From: Gammaproteobacteria bacterium
Lineage (GTDB): Bacteria; Pseudomonadota; Gammaproteobacteria; Burkholderiales; Nitrosomonadaceae
NCBI GenBank assembly: GCA_030431985.1
Contig: JAUIIB010000003.1
Location: forward strand, 1-64,000
DNA length: 64,000 nt
Reading direction: 5' to 3'
The notes under the pieces were generated by a model. That model was not told the origin of the DNA, searched no databases, and was given only the letters and a program-made list of their open reading frames with translations. Of this stretch, positions 18,759 to 27,727 are shown in pieces. How positions within the stretch are numbered: position 1 is the first letter of the stretch; each line of letters begins with the position of its first letter. A program made the position numbers and the translations under genes.

Positions 18759-21700
18759 GTGAATGCAAATCTCGGCAAAACTCTAACTCGGAAGCCCGTA
18801 AGACTTGTGGGGATTGGCGCATCTGCCGGCGGGCTGGAGGCCTTGCGTGACCTAATGGGCTCTCTACCAAAGTCTGACTGTCTATCTTATATCATTGCAC
18901 AGCATGTTTCGCCGCATCATATCAGTATGCTGATTAACCTGTTGAAACCGTTGACGCCGCTAGAAGTACGAGACCTGCAAACTAAGCAAAAGCCGCAACC
19001 GGGGATTGTCTATATAACACCGCCCAATCACGACGTGATTTTGGAGAAGGGATACCTGTGTCTTACAGAAACACAGCATGCAATTGGGCCAAAACCTTCT
19101 GTAAACCGCTTTTTTCTGTCACTTTCTGAGGAGTTAAAAGAACAGTCAATCGGCATCATTTTGTCAGGCACCGGCTCTGACGGTGCATCCGGCATACAAG
19201 CAATAAAAGCTGCAGGTGGCATTACCATCACGCAAAAACCTGAAACTGCGAAATATGACGGCATGCCTAATGCCGCAATACATACGGGCAGTGTCGATCT
19301 GATTCTCGGAACAACTGAGATAGGATCGGTATTAGAACGATTACTCAAAAATCCCGAAGATTTATCTGTCATATTACCGCCAAAAAAACAGGACTCTGAC
19401 GAATACACCGATATCTATACATTGGTCAGAAATTATACCGCGTTCAAACTCGATGCCTACAAATCAGGCACGATCAAACGCAGAATCGCGCGGCGCATGA
19501 GCATTCTGGGCATTTCCACACTCGCGGGCTATATTGAGCGCCTGAAACAATATAAAGAAGAATCACGGTTACTCGTTCGGGATATTTTCATCAGTGTCAC
19601 ATTTTTTTTCCGCGATCAGGAACCCTTTCTTGCGCTGGAAAAAGTCATCAATAACATTGTCAATAAACAAGAGAAAGATAAAATTATTCGATGCTGGGTT
19701 CCCGGATGCGCATCCGGCGAGGAAGTGTACAGTATCGCCATGTTGTTCGAAGAAGCCATCGTCAATCAACAGCGCTCTGATCTGCAGTATGTGATTTTCG
19801 CCTCCGATCTGGACGATGCAGCAATTGAGCGCGCGCGTGTCGCACTCTACCTTAACAACGACCTCAATGCTATCCCGAAAAACCTGATTGATACTTATAC
19901 GGAAAATGCCGGCGATCATTTCAGAATTGCAAAAAATATCCGCAACCGGATTGTGTTTGCCAAGCAAAATGTCATTGTAGATCCCCCTTTTGGGCGGCTG
20001 GATTTAATCAGCTGCCGCAATCTTCTGATCTATCTGAATCAGGATATACAGAAGAAAGTACTTGAAATGTTCCACTATGCCTTGAACCCTGACGGTTATT
20101 TATTTCTTGGAAAATCCGAGAGTATTGATACACATAAGGACTTGTTCAAACCGGAAAATCGAACAGCCTGCATTTACACCCGGCAACCCGGTACCGCTTG
20201 CTTATCAGTTCCAGAACCCAATCATTTGTCCGTTCTAAAAAATGAATTGGGCAAATCAAATGATCAAGATATATCCAGTACACGCTATATCAGTACCCGT
20301 ACGCTTGAGGAATTAACCCAGCGCTATGCACCACCCTCTGTCGTAATTAATGAAGAAAACAATATTGTTCACTTTGAAGGTAATCTAAAGCCCTATCTGA
20401 ATTTCCCGAAGGGTAAATTAGACATGTATCTGTTCGAAATTGTCTGCGCACCCTTTCGCGTTGAACTAAGAGCATTGGTGTTCCGGTGCCGCCGCGAATC
20501 CAAACGCATTGAAGGAAAGCCCAATACATTTAAAATTGACTCCCAACCTTTTATAGTTGTGCCTGTGGTACAGCCGCTCGATCACGGCAAAACGTCACTA
20601 CTCATCATCTCGTTCATAACCCAGTCAATTGACCAGCATGAGCATTGCAGCGAAGCATCATTAGAAGCCAGTGAACATGACAATATCGTCTTCAGCGAAC
20701 TGGAGCAGGAGCTTGCCAATACACGAACGCAATTGAACACTGTCGTCGAGGAGCTGGAAACATCCAGCGAGGAATTGCAGTCGCTCAACGAAGAGTTACA
20801 GTCCTCTAACGAAGAGTTGCAGTCAACCGTTGAAGAGCTGCAGACCTCCAACCAGGAACTCCAATCGACGAATGAAGAGTTATTGACAGTCAATGAAGAG
20901 TTGCAGGTCAAATCCGATGCGTTGGAGAAAACATCTACCGATCTTCTCAATGTTAAAAAGAGCCTGGATTTTCCACTCTTAGTGGTTGATAAACAACTGC
21001 ATATTACCCAGGCCAATTATGCCTGCGCAGAAATCATTGCGTATAGTCATTCTCTTGAAAATACTTCACTAAATAGCGCTCAATGGCGCCTGGAAATGCC
21101 CGGCTTGCTCAATACAATTCGCGATGTTATCAATCACGGCAACTCCATGGAAAAAGTCGTTTACTACACAGATGCCGATAAGGTTTTTTTGCTCAACATT
21201 ATGCCGTATCGGAATATTAATGAAAGCATTACCGGCGCTATCCTTCTGTTCAATAATATCAGTGCGCAACACTTGGCCGAGGCCGCATTACAAGAAAGCG
21301 AGGTCAGATTTCATCAAGCAATGCGCCACGCCCCGTTGGGAATTGCACTGCATACCACCAAAGGTGAATTGCTTGATATCAATCCTGAACTTTGCAATAT
21401 TCTGGGCTATCAGCGTGACGAATTATTATCGCGAAATCTACAATCCATAACCTATCCGGATGACGCAGAAACTTACGCCAACCATGTCAAAGAATTGCAA
21501 CGAGGAGAAAAAGAGAGCTTTGCAATGGACGCGCGTTATTTTCATAAAAACAAACAAATTATCTGGACAGCGTTACACAGCGCCCCGGTAAAAAATGAGA
21601 AAGGTAAAACAGATCACATTATTTCATTAATTCAGAACATTACCCTGAGAAAAAACACCGAGAATGAGTTGCGCCTTGCCGCCAGGGTTTTCTCGAACGC

Positions 21701-23327
21701 TTTGGATGGGATTATTATTGCCGACAACAAAACCCGTATCATTAAAGTTAACAATGCCTTTGAAAAAATGCACGGCTTTTCCTCGGACGAAATCATCGGG
21801 AAATATGTGAAATTCCTGCGCTCTCATAAGCATGACAATAATTTTTACCGCGTCATGTGGCGGGAAATATACGAAAAAGGGTGCTGGCAGGGAGAAGTCT
21901 GGAGCCGCCACAAAGATGGGCACGGCGTTCCTGTCTGGATCAGTATCTCAGCATTACGAAATCCCGGCGATCAACCCGATCACTATATCGCAGTCATGCA
22001 CGATATCAGCGAACAAAAGCATTATCATGAAAAAATCAATTACCTGGCACATTACGATGCGCTCACCAAACTGCCTAATCGCATTTTGTTTAGAGAACGC
22101 CTTCAGCATGCGATAGCGAATGCAAAAAGAAAACGCACCAAGCTTGCGCTGCTTTTTATCGATCTGGATAACTTTAAGCATATTAATGATTCACGCGGGC
22201 ATCACGTCGGCGATGAATTGCTATGTAATGTGGCAAGCCGATTAAACGCCACATTGCGTTTAAACGATACCGTCTCAAGACTCAGCGGCGATGAATTTAC
22301 AGTATTAATCGAAGATGAAGTCGATGAAGATAAATTAAGTATTGTTGCGGAAAAAATATTAACGGCTATTGCCAAACCTTATGATTTGTCGGGAGGCTCG
22401 GCATATATCTCCGCAAGCATCGGTCTAACCCTGTTTCCAGACGATGGCGATTGTGCCGACACGTTACTGAAACATGCTGATTTGGCCATGTATCGCTCGA
22501 AAGAATCAGGCCGCAATCATTTTCATTTTTTCACACAGGAAATGTCAAAAAGAGTATCTGAACGCATGCTGCTGCATACAGACCTGCGTCAGGCGCTACG
22601 GGAGAACGAGCTGCAATTGCATTATCAGCCCATCATTGATATTGGCTCAAAAACATGTATAGGTGCCGAAGCGCTGCTACGCTGGAAGCATTCCGATTTG
22701 GGCTGGGTGTCGCCACACAAATTTATTTCAGTCGCTGAAGACAATGATTTAATACATCCAATCGGGGAGTGGGTTTTACAGCAAGCCTGCCGGCAAATCA
22801 AAACCTGGGAGGATCAAGGCATCAACCCCGGCTTCCTCTCGGTCAATGTCTCGGGAAAACAACTCAATTCGAATAATTTTGTTAAAAACGCGCAAACATT
22901 TTTGGAAGAAATCAATTGTTCACCCGAAAGTATCGTACTTGAAATGACCGAGAGCTTTATTATGAAAGAAAGTGAGGGCGCGATTTCCGCTTTAAACAAA
23001 TTACGTGAATTAGGATTTAGCATCGCAATTGATGATTTCGGGATTGGCTATTCATCCCTGAGCTATCTAAAACGTTTACCTATTAACAAATTGAAACTTG
23101 ACAAATCATTTGTCGATGATTTGCCAAACGACACTAATGATATCGCGATAACCCGGGCAATCATAGGGCTAGGCAGCACTCTGGGGCTGGATATTATTGC
23201 CGAAGGCGTTGAGACGATATCCCAGCATGAATTTCTTGCTTCTGAAAAATGTTTGATGGGACAAGGCTATCATTACGGAAAACCCATGACACCAACAAAA
23301 TTTAAAAAATACCTGCTCAATGCTTGA
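18759..23327 (+). CDS. Multidomain signalling protein: CheB methylesterase, CheR methyltransferase, heptad-repeat coiled coil, PAS domains, GGDEF (SGDEF variant) and EAL
   Basis: N-terminal CheB_methylest (LVGIGASAGGLEAL), CheR (CWVPGCASGEEVYSIAM), EELQSxNEELQS heptads, PAS, GGDEF core with RLSGDEFTV, EAL (EALLRW, DDFGIGYSS, IAEGVET). GTG start. Confidence 0.85.
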   Translation: MNANLGKTLTRKPVRLVGIGASAGGLEALRDLMGSLPKSDCLSYIIAQHVSPHHISMLINLLKPLTPLEVRDLQTKQKPQPGIVYITPPNHDVILEKGYLCLTETQHAIGPKPSVNRFFLSLSEELKEQSIGIILSGTGSDGASGIQAIKAAGGITITQKPETAKYDGMPNAAIHTGSVDLILGTTEIGSVLERLLKNPEDLSVILPPKKQDSDEYTDIYTLVRNYTAFKLDAYKSGTIKRRIARRMSILGISTLAGYIERLKQYKEESRLLVRDIFISVTFFFRDQEPFLALEKVINNIVNKQEKDKIIRCWVPGCASGEEVYSIAMLFEEAIVNQQRSDLQYVIFASDLDDAAIERARVALYLNNDLNAIPKNLIDTYTENAGDHFRIAKNIRNRIVFAKQNVIVDPPFGRLDLISCRNLLIYLNQDIQKKVLEMFHYALNPDGYLFLGKSESIDTHKDLFKPENRTACIYTRQPGTACLSVPEPNHLSVLKNELGKSNDQDISSTRYISTRTLEELTQRYAPPSVVINEENNIVHFEGNLKPYLNFPKGKLDMYLFEIVCAPFRVELRALVFRCRRESKRIEGKPNTFKIDSQPFIVVPVVQPLDHGKTSLLIISFITQSIDQHEHCSEASLEASEHDNIVFSELEQELANTRTQLNTVVEELETSSEELQSLNEELQSSNEELQSTVEELQTSNQELQSTNEELLTVNEELQVKSDALEKTSTDLLNVKKSLDFPLLVVDKQLHITQANYACAEIIAYSHSLENTSLNSAQWRLEMPGLLNTIRDVINHGNSMEKVVYYTDADKVFLLNIMPYRNINESITGAILLFNNISAQHLAEAALQESEVRFHQAMRHAPLGIALHTTKGELLDINPELCNILGYQRDELLSRNLQSITYPDDAETYANHVKELQRGEKESFAMDARYFHKNKQIIWTALHSAPVKNEKGKTDHIISLIQNITLRKNTENELRLAARVFSNALDGIIIADNKTRIIKVNNAFEKMHGFSSDEIIGKYVKFLRSHKHDNNFYRVMWREIYEKGCWQGEVWSRHKDGHGVPVWISISALRNPGDQPDHYIAVMHDISEQKHYHEKINYLAHYDALTKLPNRILFRERLQHAIANAKRKRTKLALLFIDLDNFKHINDSRGHHVGDELLCNVASRLNATLRLNDTVSRLSGDEFTVLIEDEVDEDKLSIVAEKILTAIAKPYDLSGGSAYISASIGLTLFPDDGDCADTLLKHADLAMYRSKESGRNHFHFFTQEMSKRVSERMLLHTDLRQALRENELQLHYQPIIDIGSKTCIGAEALLRWKHSDLGWVSPHKFISVAEDNDLIHPIGEWVLQQACRQIKTWEDQGINPGFLSVNVSGKQLNSNNFVKNAQTFLEEINCSPESIVLEMTESFIMKESEGAISALNKLRELGFSIAIDDFGIGYSSLSYLKRLPINKLKLDKSFVDDLPNDTNDIAITRAIIGLGSTLGLDIIAEGVETISQHEFLASEKCLMGQGYHYGKPMTPTKFKKYLLNA
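20769..20908 (+). repeat. In-frame tandem 21-nt (heptad) repeats encoding (S/N)EELQSx x7 coiled-coil linker
   Basis: Seven consecutive near-identical 21-nt units (gaagagttgcagtc...) visible directly in the DNA; coding, within the CheB-CheR-PAS-GGDEF-EAL gene. Confidence 0.8.
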
Positions 23328-23395
23328 ACAGCTAGGCGCGAAACGTTAATTCAACCCAGATGCAAGATTAAGGGATTGTCAATTTTGATAGCTGT

Positions 23396-24028
23396 TTAAC
23401 GACAGAACGGCCATGCCTGATACCAATGTCTGCATCTGAAACGCTCATCGCACCGACGTAGTTGTGCGCCATATTCGCGCGCCGTGGAATCGACACGTCC
23501 GGCCACTTGCAGCAACCATTTTTTACTACGATATGTACCACGGCGGTAACCACCATGACCTTCATGATAGGCAAGGTACAAATTTCTTGGGTCCCATTTT
23601 GAGATTCCCAACAACCGATGGCTTTTATCGTTATACCAGCCGATGAAATCCAGTGCGTCTTCCATATCCGAGCGACTTTTGAACAATCCGCCGGTTGCTT
23701 GCCTATAATCCTGCCATGCCGGATCCTGAATTTGCGCATATCCTTTGGCTGAAGAAGCACGCCCCAACGGAATGAACAGAAACCACTCGAACGGCGGCTT
23801 GGCATTATGACGATAATTCGACTCATGACGCACAAAAGCCATCAGAATATGCGCCGGTACACCCCATTTTTTTTCCGATGCACGGGCATAATCGTACCAA
23901 TCGGGATATTGCTCGAAAACCATACATACATCGTGCTGTTTACGCGGTGGATCAGCAGCGCATCCAATCAACCCAAACAGTAACAGCAAAATTTGGACGT
24001 ATCTTAGAAGATGACTGACAGTATTCAT
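23396..24028 (-). CDS. Lipoprotein with a transglycosylase (SLT)-like domain
   Basis: Signal peptide with lipobox LIGC; conserved ..VRHESNYRHNA.. region resembling a lytic transglycosylase catalytic Glu-Ser context; 210 aa. Confidence 0.45.
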   Translation of the reverse strand: MNTVSHLLRYVQILLLLFGLIGCAADPPRKQHDVCMVFEQYPDWYDYARASEKKWGVPAHILMAFVRHESNYRHNAKPPFEWFLFIPLGRASSAKGYAQIQDPAWQDYRQATGGLFKSRSDMEDALDFIGWYNDKSHRLLGISKWDPRNLYLAYHEGHGGYRRGTYRSKKWLLQVAGRVDSTAREYGAQLRRCDERFRCRHWYQAWPFCR

Positions 24029-24516
24029 GAATCAAGCCCATTTGGGTTTAAATTCTGCCATTGTAACAAACCCCAACTCAACCAATAATCAGCCATCTTG
24101 CATGAAAAGCAACCAGCTTAAATTGCGGCTAATTTAGCCTGTAAGTCGCTAGTCAGTTCATAACCAGCCATGCCAGTGACGACAATGCTGTAACGAGCTT
24201 AGCGAAAGGTTCCATCGCTACTCCTTTAGAAACAAATAATATTAAGGCAATATCATAATACGATATAAACTAAGACATACCGTTATATCACGCTGCTGCA
24301 GCTGAATCATTTTATGTCTCGGTATCAGTTATTTACCACCGAATTGTATGCATTGATCTAAGACAAGGCTACGCTTACTATCGTCGATTTCTGAAGTCAG
24401 CATTATATAGTGTCCAGCGCAACGGTATCATTTCGTATGATACCCATAAATTTCTCCAGCAACCTTTTCCCATCTCGCTTAAATACGACTTTCAATGTGG
24501 TTCACTGCCAGGCAAG

Positions 24517-25950
24517 CTAATTCTTCAATAAATCAAGCACAACCAGCACGCTACTGCGGAAAAACAGCCACATAAATGACAGATATGAAACTACACCAAT
24601 TGCAATCAACTGAACCAGGTGCAATACATCCCCAGATGAACCAAAAACAAATGGATTAAGCCAGGTAACGGATACGAACATCACTACACTTGATATAGCC
24701 GGACCCGCCATAGCTTTTAGACAATCGGACACTGTTATCCCAATCAACGGACATGTTCTTCTCAGAAAAATATAGTAAACCAACGGAAAAGCTGATATCC
24801 AACTCAATGCCAGTCCGTATGCCCCCCATTGCGCACCTATCAGAAAGGAAATGGACATTACGATTGATGCAATCAACAAGTTAACTGCGTTTACACCTGG
24901 TTTTCCTATTCCCCATAACAGTGGCGTAATGATATTACCAAGCGCTCTGAACGGCATGACCAATGCCAGAATCTGCAAGGGGAGAATAACCAGCTCCCAT
25001 TTTTCTCCAAGAAAAATTTTTACCAATTCAGGCGCCGTACACGAAATTCCCAAAAATGCCGGAAAGGCTATCGTACAAGCAACCTGATTTGCCTTCAAAA
25101 AATAAACTCCGGTCTTATCCGAAACCTGCTGCGCTCGAGAAAATGCAGGAAATGCAATAGATTGAATAAGTCCAGACAGTTTTTCGATAGGAAACGAAGC
25201 CAAATTATACGCCACCGCATAATAGCCCAGCATATCTGCTCCCATAACACGCCCGCCTATCAATTTATCCGATTCCGCATGAACATACCGCAAGCCGCGA
25301 CCGAGCACAACGGAACCACCGGATGAAAGCAACTGCTTTAAGCCACTAAAGAAGAAATCGGGTTTGCACCATGCCGGAGAAATAATATTCATCCCAATAG
25401 TTCGTCCCGCGTTCAAGATCAATGATCCAAATACCAGCGACCAGACACCCAAACCCTGATGGGCAAAAAACAATACTGATGTACTGGCCAAAACCATTGA
25501 AATCAATTCGACTATAGACCGGTGCTTAAAAGCAATTTCTTTGTCGAGTTGTACCAGCGGCAAGATAATAAATATCTCGAAAATAAAGCCGATCGACATC
25601 ACCCGCACAATAGTACTCAGCTCGGGCTCATCAAAAAAGTTGGCAATAAGCGGCGCAAACACAAGCAATCCGACGAAAATAGTCAGATTGGCTAAAACAA
25701 TTGCAGCAAAAATCTGACGTCGCTCGCTTTCAGTTAAATCCTTTTTTTGGACGAGCGGCACATCCAATCCCAACGTACTTAATAACGATAAGAATGATAC
25801 AAATACCGTTGCCATGGCTAACAAGCCATAATCCTCTGGACTCAAAATTCGTATTACGATGATGGTCACAACCCAGTTGAATAGTTGACCCGCAAAACGT
25901 GCTGTTACGGTCCATCGTAGCCCCGAAAGGACTTTTGCTCTGATATCCAT
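24517..25950 (-). CDS. Polysaccharide biosynthesis/oligosaccharide flippase (MOP/Wzx family)
   Basis: ~12 predicted TM helices and Wzx-like N-terminus MDIRAKVLSGLRWTV..RFAGQLFNWVV. Start taken at the internal Met at 25950, and the ORF extends to 26001. Confidence 0.65.
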   Translation of the reverse strand: MDIRAKVLSGLRWTVTARFAGQLFNWVVTIIVIRILSPEDYGLLAMATVFVSFLSLLSTLGLDVPLVQKKDLTESERRQIFAAIVLANLTIFVGLLVFAPLIANFFDEPELSTIVRVMSIGFIFEIFIILPLVQLDKEIAFKHRSIVELISMVLASTSVLFFAHQGLGVWSLVFGSLILNAGRTIGMNIISPAWCKPDFFFSGLKQLLSSGGSVVLGRGLRYVHAESDKLIGGRVMGADMLGYYAVAYNLASFPIEKLSGLIQSIAFPAFSRAQQVSDKTGVYFLKANQVACTIAFPAFLGISCTAPELVKIFLGEKWELVILPLQILALVMPFRALGNIITPLLWGIGKPGVNAVNLLIASIVMSISFLIGAQWGAYGLALSWISAFPLVYYIFLRRTCPLIGITVSDCLKAMAGPAISSVVMFVSVTWLNPFVFGSSGDVLHLVQLIAIGVVSYLSFMWLFFRSSVLVVLDLLKN

Positions 25951-26621
25951 AGTGTCGATTGATGAAAAAACAGATCTTAATAAAAAATAATTATTATGCA
26001 AAAAAACGGGAAGAAGCGAGAAGCGCTATTCGATAAAAACCGGTTCTATCGGCAAAATGCATCAAATATAGTGTAGACAATACCACTACAACAAAATAAG
26101 AACTCACCCTCTAACATCGTGAACTCATACCGTGCGAAGGTAATGATGCACTCCTTTTTTCTAAATTTACTTGCAAGTATGTACTAATATTTTGCTTAGC
26201 CGGCTTAAAACGCGATAAACACCCAGAATCGAAAATCTTATGAATCTATATTGCTTGAAACGATCGGATTCCAAAACAGGCTCTCCATTTTTATTTTCAT
26301 TTTTGCCTGTATATCCCCTAACTATAACACCATTATATTAATGGTTATATTACCCCTAAGTAGTATAAAATAGTCATGCGCTCAACATCGTTTGAAAACC
26401 GTGAGATTTCGGCAAATTGCTTACAGCTTTCTTAAAAAATTACGTTATTTTGATTCACTCAACTCCGGCACATACCAACAAAGAACCCGTTGCAGTCCAA
26501 ATTGTGCGGTGTAGTATAATACGCTATCTCAAGGTTTTCCCCAAAACAGAGGGCATACTCCGTCAAATGAGCACACCTGTGTTTTTTTCATACATTTATA
26601 ACCAGCCGAACTGAAACACTC

Positions 26622-27632
26622 ATGCAGCAACACATCATATATGGCGATATTGGCGGTACCAAAACATTGTTGCAAGCCGCTCAATATAACGATGGCACAA
26701 TTAATGATCATGACGTACGCCATTATCAAAGTAATGCATACGATAATTTTTCCGCCATTCTCAATGATTTTCTAGAAAGTTCTCAAATCACTGCGTTACC
26801 CTCAAGTCCTGTCGCCGCCTGTTTTGCAGTAGCAGGTCCTGTTGTTTCACAGTGTGCGCAATTAACCAACTTGCCCTGGAAAATAGACGCCAACGAAATC
26901 GCTGAAAAATTCTCAATCCCACATGTTAGGCTGTTAAACGATTTTGAAGCTGCAGCACTGGCAGTAGACATCCTGCCGTGCGATGACTTGGTACCGTTAC
27001 AGGTGGGATGTCCTCAGACTCAATCAACGCGTGTAATCCTTGGCGCAGGTACCGGTATGGGTGTTGCATGGCTTGTTTGGCAGGATAGCGGCTACCAGCC
27101 CATCTCTACAGAAGCAGGCCATGTCGATTTTGCTCCGACCGATGCATTACAGATTTGCTTACTTGAAGCATTGCAAAAAAAATTTCAACGTGTTTCGGTT
27201 GAGCGTCTGCTTTCAGGTGCCGGATTAACTTATATTTTTAATTTTCTTCAGGAGCATCTCAAAGAATTTCAAAATCTTACGCCGGTCCATCTTAACGATG
27301 ACGATGGCGCAATAATCACTGCGCTCGCAGTCGAGCAGAAACACCCAATCGCCACCCGTGCTCTGGAACTATTTGCTGAAATCTATGGTGCCTATGCAGG
27401 CAATCTGGCGCTTACGGGATTGTGTAGAAGTGGCGTTTATCTAGCCGGCGGAATTGCACCCAAAATCATTGATATACTTCGCGCCGGCGGTTTCATGCGT
27501 GCATTCTGTAATAAGGGACGATTCTCAGATTTAATGAAAACGATTCCGGTAGGCGTCATTTCCAACCCTAGTATCGGTTTGTTGGGCGCCAAAAAAAGTG
27601 CACTACAACACATCGAAAAAAAATTCGTGTGA
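26622..27632 (+). CDS. glk: Glucokinase
   Basis: N-terminus IYGDIGGTKTLLQ (ROK/Glk ATP-binding motif); 336 aa. Confidence 0.85.
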   Translation: MQQHIIYGDIGGTKTLLQAAQYNDGTINDHDVRHYQSNAYDNFSAILNDFLESSQITALPSSPVAACFAVAGPVVSQCAQLTNLPWKIDANEIAEKFSIPHVRLLNDFEAAALAVDILPCDDLVPLQVGCPQTQSTRVILGAGTGMGVAWLVWQDSGYQPISTEAGHVDFAPTDALQICLLEALQKKFQRVSVERLLSGAGLTYIFNFLQEHLKEFQNLTPVHLNDDDGAIITALAVEQKHPIATRALELFAEIYGAYAGNLALTGLCRSGVYLAGGIAPKIIDILRAGGFMRAFCNKGRFSDLMKTIPVGVISNPSIGLLGAKKSALQHIEKKFV

Positions 27633-27727
27633 CAGTTTTACAATAAAAATGAATAAAGTGAAATACTGTTATACGTATTAACCAACCTTAATATCACATT
27701 ATCTTATCTTGCCAGGAAAATTGATTC

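Noticed and set aside
20582-21016. 144-aa minus-strand ORF rich in Ser/Cys/Asn antisense to the EELQS heptad-repeat region
   Set aside because: Artefact of the tandem 21-nt coding repeats on the plus strand; the antisense reads as a repetitive SSL/CNSS sequence.
23368-23835. 155-aa minus-strand ORF overlapping the SLT-like lipoprotein gene in another frame
   Set aside because: Alternative-frame overlap. Composition is Cys/Trp/Arg-rich and lacks domain signatures. The 210-aa frame has a signal peptide and lipobox.
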